From positions 22,214,871 to 22,278,870 of the forward strand of contig NC_092676.1 in NCBI RefSeq assembly GCF_964355755.1: a stretch of DNA of 64,000 nucleotides, read 5' to 3'. Shown piece by piece: positions 1-10,300 of the stretch (position 1 is its first letter; every line of letters begins with the position of its first letter). The notes beneath the pieces are model-generated. The model was given only the letters and a program-made list of their open reading frames with translations, searched no databases and was not told where the DNA came from. This DNA is from Antedon mediterranea. Lineage: Eukaryota; Animalia; Echinodermata. Made by a program: the position numbers and the translations under genes.

Positions 1-511
1 ACTCGATCATACTCAAATATTTTCACACCCTTATATCTAAAATTTAAATAGAAAATGATGTAAATGATAAAACATTGTACAGTATAAACAAAATGTTATA
101 TATTTATGTAATTTTTTAATTCAATGATGTTACTGTATTAAACTCTCACCCCACGGACTTGGCCTTAAAATTTCTAAAATGTTTGGATTTCTGGTTTTCT
201 AGAATATCTGGTTTTCTAGAATGTCTAGATCAAAAACATTTTTCTATGTCTGATTTCTAACATGTCTATTTTTCTTGAATAATTGATTGTCTAGATAGAA
301 CACATGGTTTTCTGAATATCTATTCCATCAAAGCAATTTCAAGTCAATTAACATAAATTTTCTAAATTTCACAGATAATAAGATAATATTTATAATGTAG
401 ATGTTTAATAAAAGTAATAAAAGATATATTCTCATTTTAACCCAGAAAAATTAGTATGAAAACAAAGATCCCACAATGGAGTTTCAATGCTAAAGTAATC
501 GAAAATCTTAC

Positions 512-3500
512 TTTTCCAGTAATATTGCAACATAGTTACTTTTCCTAGAACACCTAATACATAACACTGTTGGCCTTGTTGTCTCTTCTATCTGTTTCAA
601 TGATAACCTGCACAACTCCTGACCAGAGGTATACTTCCAAAAGCGTAAACTAGCATCCTATCCAAATAAAACACCAACCTTTTTAACTGGTGGTCATGAC
701 TTATTTTGACCTCCATCTGCACATTTTTTATGTTTCTATGTTCATTGTAATGTTTAAGTTATGTGTCTATCTTATTTGTAATTTGTAATTTTTATTTTAA
801 AATGTGTGGAGAAACTAATAACAAAACAAACAAAATTAACATCAGAAGATAATTGTGATGATCAACAATTTGAGAACATTTATTGTAGGGTCAGTTGTTT
901 ACTTGAAATTTCATGCATGAGTGAGTTTTCTATAGTGCCCAGAAACCGTACAATTAACACCTCATGTTATATTTGTGTATTTCAAAAATATTTGTTTTGA
1001 TGTTTTTTTTAACCTATGTATACATACATATTGTTTAGCATCAGGAAAAAGAATTTTACTATTGTACTATTACTTCAAAAAAATATATCGTATCTTTTCT
1101 TTTTACCAAAAACAAATTCATGTTGCTGCTTATATACTTAGGCTTGAACCTAAAATGAGAAGAGCAAGCTGGAGGGGTATGAATGCATGATGGTAATCTA
1201 TTTGCTTATATCTATAGTAATTTTCATAAATGAATACATTTTGGGCTTTATTTTTTGGGTCAAAAAGTTACATATTCTTTTATTTTTATATACTTACAGC
1301 TGAACCTGAAACTAACATATCTTGTTCCTTCGGTAAAATCGCTATCTTGCTAACCAGGCTGAGAAAAATATTTAAAAATAAGTTTATGAAAAAAAAACGA
1401 CTGTAACATGACAAACAGAAGAACAAGATAAAAAGGACAGAAATAGTAGCTAGTCACGGACATCAACAGTTTTGGTCCAGTCCAAATTCCAATGCAAGAA
1501 AATGATTTAACTTACTCTGTGTGGCCAAGGCAAAAGCATTCAATGTTATAACAGTTTGGTAGATGTGAAACTCTAATCTTCTCATCTCTATCAGCTGTCA
1601 GTATGTACTTATCATCAGGACTGATAACCTAAACAAGAAATAAATAAAATCAATATTTTCAACTGTACTGATTATTAAATTTTATTTATTTTATTACACC
1701 TTATTTTTAGAGGGTGACCCTAAACAGTGTATGCTGACTATCAAGGGGCCTTCTTGATGAGTGACAGTGGCTGTGTGTATAATAGTACACAGGGGGAACC
1801 CCCTACTTATCTCGAAGGATGTACTTTAAAGTGCACATGAGCCAGATGTGTACATGGGACCTACGGTTTATAGTCCTTATCCGTGAAGACTCGTTGTATA
1901 ACCAGAACCATAGAGCGAGTGAGACTCGAACCCTTGCCGATGTTAATATGGCAAGGTATTACGGTTCCACTGTCTCAACCGCTTGGCAACTCATTGCTCA
2001 ACTAGTGGAATAGCGTGCATCTCTAAATTTGTCTCCCTTACCAAATCTAGTAGCATTGATACGTGGCCCAGTACCAGAGTACCTTCGTCTTCTTCGTTCT
2101 TAACTGAGAAACGGTAAACATCCCCCGACTTATCTCCTATATACACCATTTCCTCAGCATGGTTGAATGCTATTGATGTGCTTCTTTTCCTAACAAACCT
2201 GAGAAGAAAAAGCATTGTTCTTGTACTAATCTTTTGTACTAATGTCACTTGTGCTCAGGCTAGCAAAACATAAGTAGTTCTGCGGGTCATTTAATAACAC
2301 ATGACAGATAGTTATTACATAATAGTTTCAATTTTGTTTTTACACCTTATTTAATGAGGGTGATCCATCAAGCAATTGCTGATAATTAGGGTCCCTCAGA
2401 GGTTCACAAGACAAACCTATACACAAGATGCTCTACATAAACAAAGTCTTATTACAAGTCTTTGGGAGTGGAGTTGTAATTTTGTACTTCGAAAAAATCC
2501 ATGTTTCAATATCGAAGATTGCAAGTTGTTTGTAATAAGACAATTCCGTTTAGGTATGGGTAAACAGCCCAGTGGGCTAATAAGTAATTTAGCCTTACTA
2601 ACCAGTGACATTGTTGTAATCATTTTCATCCATGTTTGAATATCAAAGATTGCAAGTTTTTCAAATAAAACAATTTCTTGTGGTAAGGGCTAGTATAGTA
2701 ATACATAGTAGTAGTACATACTAACCTTGTATTAATTTTGCTCCATGTTGTGGTATCGAAGATTGAGAGCTGCTTAAAATCATCGCAAACAGCATAGTAC
2801 CTACTAGATGGTGAGAAGCTGTGTGCTAGTATAACGCCTGAACAAGAATGACCATCACTGTTTAAATAACAATACAATATTAACTGTATAAAAAGAACAT
2901 TTATACTGTACTCAAAACTTCTTGTGCTTTGCTTTATTACTGGGTGGCTGAATCTGTGAAATTAAAAGAACGCTGAACATGCGGCATTTGAATTTGATAT
3001 TGGACAGATAAAAAAAAAATACAAATTAGAATGTTTATCTTTATGATTTGAAGAAAAAAGTAAAAGAAAACATACTTTTCAGAATCCCCAGCTGCAGCAT
3101 CGTCACGTGACTTTGTCTTATCTTGATGAACTTCGACCTTCTCTTCAGCTTCATCTTCTTGTCGCTTTTCTTCTAAAATAGTCTCTTTGGGTTCAGTTTC
3201 TTTTTGAGCGCCCTGTTGCCCATTGTGGTGCTTTTCTATTTTTTCCGGTAATGGTTTTTTATTCTCTGTGCACTCAAAACATTTTCTTTCTTTCTCACTG
3301 AAAAAAAAATTCCCCGAGAACTTAATATCATTCCCGAGGGGATGTCAAATCTTATATTTAACCGATATAAAAGGCAATATCTGTTATATTATATAGCCAA
3401 GAACAAGTCTGCTGGGTTGGGTGAAGCTAGGCCAGGCCTCCTATAGTATTTGTATTGTATTTAAACAAGCCTGCCTAGACACCTTACCTTGCGAAGAATA

Positions 3501-5492
3501 ATATACAGATAATTACTAATTAATGATTCCTTGGCAATAAAATATTCACTTAGGCCTAGGTCGTTTATATTAACAGAAGAATTTCCTCAGCTGGCGCTTC
3601 GGGAAATATATATTCCCTCGAACTTAATATCATTCCCTCGGGGATGTCAAATCTTATATTTAACCTCTAAGCAGTCAATATCTGTATAATATTATATAGG
3701 CATATAATAATACTAATAGCATACTGTAGTAGTACAGTAGTAGTACTATTCTACTAACAAATACTCAACTAATTATATTATAATTTTATATACGCCGTGG
3801 TTAGGATTCCGGCACCGGAACTCAACTGCCCAGCGTTAGGGAATCCGACACGCTATTGCGCATGCCCAGAGGAGGCGACTCATACTTAATCAACAGCGAT
3901 GGATCATTTCATCGCTGCGCCACGGCGAACTAGCCTAGTAAAGTAGTAGATGCGTACTAAATACGGGATCCACTAATAGTAAATACTAGGCTAGGCCTAC
4001 CGTATCAGCTAGACGTGACCAGTGGGCCTATTTATTTTGTAATTAAAAAGTGGTTGCTTCATTTATATAAATTTATAAATTATATAATTATATAAATGAA
4101 GCAACCACTTTTTTATGTTTTATGATTTTTCAAGTACAAAATAAAAGATTTCATATAACGCATTATACTGTACATAACATGCAATCACAAGTTGATTTGT
4201 TGACGGCAGCCACTGCGTGGATGTGAAAAAACTGTTCGGGAAGGGAAGTCGGGGTCGCAACGCTAATTACAGCATTACGATTCTTAGATACTGTAGATAC
4301 GGATTCTTATTAATATCATAATAATTATTTCGCGTGGTAGTCTTATTTTAATTATTAATTCATGTATGGCCTAGGCCAAGTTTCATCCATCGCTCTCTCG
4401 CTCGCGCAACGACTATCTAGGCTATACAGTAATGCACTTGTCAATTGTATGGCCCACTATACGACCCCCGGGAGAGGTGCGTCATGGGTGCGTCATTTAC
4501 ATATAATTACTGACGCAAGGGTGCGTAAAAAAACCAATGAACAAGGTGTGTCAATGTCCGTCACTTTACCACCCACCATATCATAAACAACATGGTCACA
4601 GTGCAACAAAATAGGTGCGTCATGGTCCCCTAAAGGTAAGTCACATTTTTTACGCACGGGTGCGTCATGGTATTCAAAGGTATGACGCACATCGGACAAA
4701 TGACGCACCTCTCCCGGGGGTCATATAGTGGGTCATACAATTGACAAGTGCATAAATCCCTATAACCATATGGAACTATAATATTCCATGCTATAACACT
4801 CCGACTCTTGGTGGTGTGGTGTGTGTGGCAAGTGCAAGCTATAATTCACTTTCCAGAGCTCTGGGCATGCGCAATAGCGTGTCGGATTCCCTAACGGTGG
4901 GCAGTTGAGTTCCGGTGCCGGAATCCTAACCACGGCGTTTTATATAAGCCTACTTACTAGGTCTAGGCCTAGCCCTAATTCTAAAAGGCCTAGTCTACTA
5001 CTAGGCTAGGCCTAGCATATATAGGCCGGGATAGGCCTAGGCCTAAGAGAAGTATATATCTTCTATTTAATTTTAAATTTTAAAAAAAAATGTATTTCAC
5101 AACTTCAATTTTTATTAAATTTTATGATAAAATTCGGATTAGGCTAGGCCTAGGTCATCTACGGGCCCCCAGCAGGCATAGTGCAAACACATTCCTCTCT
5201 CTTAATTAAATTAATTGTTAAGCAATAACCTAGGCCTAACCGAGAGGGCAGGAGAAATATGTTGCCAGTAATAGGAAAATAATAGAAATTCCAGGCGATG
5301 TGAAAGCAGGACCTGCAACAGGCCTAATAGGCCTAGGTCAACTCCGACTTTATAATCACTAAACCATGTAATTTTAGATTAAAATAATGTAAATGAGTAA
5401 AACTCTTACTTTATCAATGAATATGCAACAATTTTGTTCAGACTTGTGCACACCAAATGAATACAACACGGCGAAAGTTCAAAGCGAGCCAT
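512..5492 (-). CDS. WDR4: tRNA (guanine-N7)-methyltransferase non-catalytic subunit WDR4/Trm82, spliced, 3' end beyond window start
   Basis: GT-AG exons at about 5410-5492 ([10 protein letters not shown]...), 3076-3297, 2726-2857, 2041-2198 (GDKSGDVY...[10 protein letters not shown]), 1516-1627 ([13 protein letters not shown]...IECFCLGH), 1297-1357 and 512-657 (DASLRFW). These are hallmark WDR4 motifs. Confidence 0.93.
1697..2006 (-). mobile_element. tRNA-derived SINE with Deu/Nin-like central domain
   Basis: Minus-strand head with A-box-like TGCCAAGCGG and B box GGTTCGAGTC, central GTGCACTTTAAAG, A-rich tail. Related copies at 49218-49395 and 49821-50105. Confidence 0.7.
2342..2500 (-). mobile_element. 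5'-truncated copy of the SINE at 16987-17220
   Basis: Near-identical to 16987-17140 (CCCTCAGAGGTTCACAAGACAAAC...AAACAAAGTCTTATTACAAGTC). Confidence 0.7.
3310..3698. repeat. Dispersed direct repeat pair of an unclassified interspersed-repeat end
   Basis: GAACTTAATATCATTCCCnnGGGGATGTCAAATCTTATATTTAACC occurs at ~3318 and ~3620. A related reverse-strand end (TATTATACAGATATTG) lies at ~31283. Confidence 0.5.
3793..4937. mobile_element. Non-autonomous MULE/Mutator-like DNA transposon in WDR4 intron 1
   Basis: ~80-bp near-perfect TIRs (CGCCGTGGTTAGGATTCCGGCACCGG...) and a 9-bp TSD TTTTATATA at 3784-3792 and 4938-4946. Confidence 0.8.
4433..4752. mobile_element. MITE with TAA TSD (PIF/Harbinger-like) nested in the MULE
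   Basis: ~55-bp TIRs TGCACTTGTCAATTGTATG...CATACAATTGACAAGTGCA flanked by TAA on both sides. Internal GGTGCGTCAT repeats. Confidence 0.75.
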
Positions 5493-5564
5493 CTTTCGAT
5501 CTTCTTCTCGGAATTTTCCATCACAAACAAAAAAAATCCTATGAAAACTTGGTGGCGCTATTAT

Positions 5565-5607
5565 CAAAGATTATATAGCGCCGCGTAGCGGCGCTATACA
5601 ATCTTTG
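5565..5607. mobile_element. 43-bp hairpin micro-element with 7-bp TSD (P-element-like termini)
   Basis: 20-bp arms CAAAGATTATATAGCGCCGC / GCGGCGCTATACAATCTTTG (1 mismatch), with CTATTAT duplicated on both sides. Confidence 0.55.
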
Positions 5608-5744
5608 CTATTATACCTCTCTTGACAAGAAGGCATGTTTTTTGATGATTTTTCTTTTTGAGGGCGGGAGGCGGCAAAGTTGATGATGCCACGTGGAAAT
5701 TTTCATCGAACATAATTAATGGTAAGTTGATTTTTATATTTTAT

Positions 5745-5916
5745 TATTTTAAGTAAATTTTCTTTTGGATGATCCAAAGTCGAATAAAATTCGTAAACTT
5801 ACGTTAAGTTTAACTTAACGTAAGTTTACGAATTTATTCGAGTCGAATAAAATTCGTAAACTTACGTTAAATTTTATTCGACTTTGGATCATCCAAAAGA
5901 AAATTTACTTAAAATA
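5745..5916. repeat. Complex nested palindrome upstream of WDR4
   Basis: Perfect 47-bp inverted arms (5745-5791 / 5870-5916) enclosing an inner palindrome and a direct copy of its left arm. Confidence 0.9.
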
Positions 5917-6789
5917 CTATACAGTGATCCAGATGAACCTTTTTACTAATATTTTATTATTTACGTGTATACTATTAGACCTTATTATTAGATATTACTA
6001 AAGTAATACTAACAGGCCTAACCGAGGCATGGGCAACCATAGAGTAAGCAGGCCTAACTACTAACCAGCAGTAGGCAGGCAGATAGAGTAGTAGCAGGAT
6101 GAATTAGGCCTAGTCTAGTCTAGCAGGTGCACTAGCTATAGGCGCTGCATCATAGGCATACTTTTGAATTGTATTCTCTCATTCTTGACTGAGATGCATG
6201 CTACCATGGCGCATCTAGGCCTACTTTTGTGCCTATAATAATAGATAATGAGTAGGCTAGTAAATTATTATGTAATAGGCTATCCTCCATGGAAATTGAT
6301 AGTCTACCATATCGTAACATGACATGACTATTTCGAGTATAACAATTAAAACAGTGGTAAATCATTTGCCTCAACTTGAACTGTATACACTGATACAGAG
6401 GCCCAGGCCTCCTACTAGGCGAGTGATCGCACCGACGTGTGTGACGCATGTTGTTACAAAGTATAACGCATTACTCTATATATCTACATGAATTATTTAT
6501 TATTGAAAGACAAATGTAAAATCAAACGTTTCACAAATCATTATGTGATTGTGTAGACAGAGCTTAAAGTAAAAAAACTTATGAAAATCCAGCTCCATGA
6601 TAATTGTAGACTACTTTGTTAAATATGTTATAATTTATAATAATCGAAGATATTATCTATTATTATCGTCCAGCGATATAATGTTAAATATAAATAATAT
6701 ATGATTGTAGCCGTTAAAGGGGAGAATTAACGTTGTATCTGCGTGTTGCGTCGAAGACTCGCCCAATGTTTCACAGTCTTTGTTGTTTA

Positions 6790-7347
6790 CATAGGTCGAA
6801 TCGACATCAAAAGATGTTGAAATAAGAATAGCTAAAGCCTGGACTGCCCTCAACTCACTGATGGTTATTTGGAAATCTTATCTAACACTGGATATCAAAA
6901 GAAAATTCTTTCAAGCCACAGTTGAATCGGTGCTGCTGTATGGATCCTCTACCTGGACACTAACGAAAGCTTTAGAAGCGAAACTTGATAGTACATACAC
7001 TCGTATACTGTACTTAGAGCAGTTTTGGACATATCTTGGAGAGATCATCCAACCAAACCACAGTTATATTGAAATATGCCTCCAATCTCCTCCACAATCA
7101 GACAACGGCGTCTTCGCTTTGCTGGACATTGTTGAAGATCGAAAAGAGAACTTGTTAGCTATACACTTCTATGGCAGCCGAGACATGGTCGTCAGAAGGT
7201 TGAACGTCCCCACAAAACCTACGTAGATCAACTATGCGAGGACACAGAGTGCAATCCGGATGAACTGCCTGTTGCCATGGAAGACCAGAAAGGGTGGCGT
7301 ATCCGAGTCAAAAAAGCCCGAGCAAGCTCGACATGATGATGATGATA
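6790..7347 (+). mobile_element. 5'-truncated, degenerate RTE-clade LINE 3' end
   Basis: Post-RT C-terminal motifs RIAKAW..L..IWKS, VESVLLYGSSTWTLT, RRLRFAGH, LLWQP with frameshift/stops, ending in a (TGA)n tail. Confidence 0.85.
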
Positions 7348-7394
7348 TATGCCTATTAGTAATTGTTAAATTAATCAAGTACCTGTATTTTGAA

Positions 7395-10300
7395 TTATCT
7401 ATTATTACAAGACGGTACATTGTAGGTCCAATCACAGTATTTTGCTACCGGATTAAATACTAGATTATCTGGACAATGCTTGTGATACTCGATACCATGT
7501 GCGCACTGGTAGAACATTGAACAAGAATCTGGGTTAGCGAAAAGACCTTCCGATGTAGGACATTCGAAAGTGTTCCCGATCTCATTGCTGTCGTTTTCAA
7601 TATCCATTTCATCATCTTCATTGCTACCGTCTTCAGAACATTCTGGTACGTTGTAAGGCCAATCGCACCTATTTTTATCCTTGCTAAATACCAACCCATC
7701 ACCGCATGTCAAGTGTGCTTCAATACTGTAACAGATAACGTATTTGGAACAGTCAGATGGATCTGTGTACAAATTTAAACCCAGAGGTTTATCTTCACAT
7801 ATAATGTTACTTCCGTCGTCCATAGGGCATTGTACATTATCAGGGTAGTCACAGCCTCTGACTAATTCGTTGAAGTAAAGGCTGCCACAGGAGCCAATAC
7901 ACGTCTGTGTATGGTATTGGTAAAACTGTGTGCAATCGTCGGGATCTGGGTAAAATCCCGATTCGTGACCGATACAACTGAATTTTCCACTGCTACTTGA
8001 AGCTGCAAAAAAGGAAAACAATGATGAAACAAAGATTAGAGTTCATGATGATATGAAGATTGAAGTTCATGTTCAGACACTGTCATAAGATCAAAGACAA
8101 GGACAACATGCTGGTAACGTACTAAATGTACAATTTTTTTTGTGTGTGTTTTAGCTGCTGCGAGTTTACGTACCTGTAGAGGACTGTTGATTTGTTGTTG
8201 TCTGCTGTTGTGCACTGGTCACCTGATCTTGTGATGTTGTTGGATGTGGATTATCTGTCGTTTCTGGTTGCCTCCTCATTGTTGGTTGTGGTTTTGGATT
8301 GATTGTGCTTTCTAATCGTTTTGTTGGGTGTTGGTTAGTTGTAGTCTCTGATAGGGTAGTTGTTGGGTGTGGTTGGCTAGTTGTAGTCTCTGATAGGGTA
8401 GTTGTTGGGTGTGGTTGGCTAGTTGTAGTCTCTGATAGGGTAGTTGTTGGGAGTGGTTGTCTAGTTGTGGCCTCTGCTTGTTTCGTCGTTGTTTGGTGGT
8501 CGGTGACAGGTGCATTCGATGTGGTGTCGCCACTTTCTAAGCCTGCTTTGAGTGCCTTTAACAATGGATATTTTCCTTGATTGCAATGGTCACCAGTAAA
8601 GTCGTCCAAATCTAGAGCCCATACGATGACACCACCATAACCATTGTCCTTAATCCACTGTGTCTAAAATATGAAAGTTACAGAATTAGGTACAGCAAAC
8701 AATACATTAATTAAACTGAATAAATTGCAAAACGTCAAGTTAAAGTGCTTTTGTAGACTTTTGAGTTAAATGAGACAAGTCATTGACCAATGTTTTCACA
8801 AAATCTGAGTTGTCCAATTCCACTTATTCTTGTATATTCAGCAGAGGCCTACTCACAAAATGTATTGAACAACTGATGTAAATGACGTCATATTTTTTAG
8901 AATTTCTTCATTAGTAACTGACTGCAGCATGTGTGACATACCTTTACATTAATACTGTTGACGTTATCATACCCAACCCATTGATTTCCTTTATAAGCAT
9001 ACGGTGCTTGTAACGTCTCATCGGGTACGGATGTCCCGCCAGTGTTTAGCATGTCACAAACCTAACAAGGAAAGTAACGTGTAAAGTCCATATTATTTAC
9101 AATCATTTTACATTAGCTTGGTTCCCACAAGAGAGTCAATGCAATGACGGAGACGCAACTGCAAGTGATGACAAGCAGCAGTTCGATTTTGTGGGAACAA
9201 AGTGATGATGACTCAATATTTTACATTTGTCATCACAAATTCTGTTGTATGAATAATACTTTGTTTGTACTTGTAGTTGATACTCTGAATTTTTAATTTA
9301 GTTCATATAATATTTGCTAATTCTTTACCTCATAGTAAGACATAAATCCCGCTTCTCTAGAGTATTGTCCTGCATTTCCACCTCCGTTTACCGGTGCCCC
9401 TAGTCCAGTATTCCACGATGAAGACAGTGTGAAGGTACGTCCATATGTACTAATCCCAACCATTAATTTTTCTCGTGGTATACGTATTGGAGTGCCATCT
9501 GTAGCAAGCGGTGACCAGAGTTCGTTCGCTGCATATGACTATAGTTAGAAAATGAACAAATGATATTTTGTCTGAAGTTTTAAAAGATTAAAGTATGTAA
9601 TAAAACTATAAACCGTTTAAACTAAAAATACGTACTATTGTTAATCTATAATCTTCATTCGCCGCTGCATACAGGGCGCTATGATGGCCTGTCTTTGAGT
9701 CCCAAGAACCATGTAGATCATACGATAAAAGTCCAACCCAGTCTGCATACCTGTAGAAAAAAGTAGTACTGTTGTGATATCGATGTGTGACCGAAAAGGC
9801 CTCGTCAAATTTCTGGAGAAAAGACATTACAATTTGCTTAATTTGCATCTTCTGCAGGTGTAGAAGCTACATATTCTATCAAATGTATCAATATAGGCCC
9901 TAATAGTGTTGATAACTTGATATATACATACCTTCCAATTTTTTCAATCTCGTAGCCACTAAGAGCAGTAGATTCTCCAGCAGATACAGCGGCTGACAAA
10001 AGCAGTTTCTCTTCGTTATTATTTTGAACATATTCATCATCGAAGGCTGTACGAAGTTCCTACATTGTAAGATTATAACAATAATTACAGTAGAAACTAA
10101 TAACAATCAAACCCATCGCAAGACATGATGTCCTGTGAACCTGAAAACAATCAAACCCATCACAAGACATGATGTCCAGTGAACCTGAAAACAATCAAAC
10201 CCATCACAAGACATGATGTCCAGTGAACCTGAAAACAATCAAACCCATCACAAGACATGATGTCCAGTGAACCTGAAAACAATCAAACCCATCACAAGGC

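Noticed and set aside
8299-8580. Val/Gly-rich plus-strand ORF
   Set aside because: It is the antisense shadow of the chitinase Thr/Pro linker.
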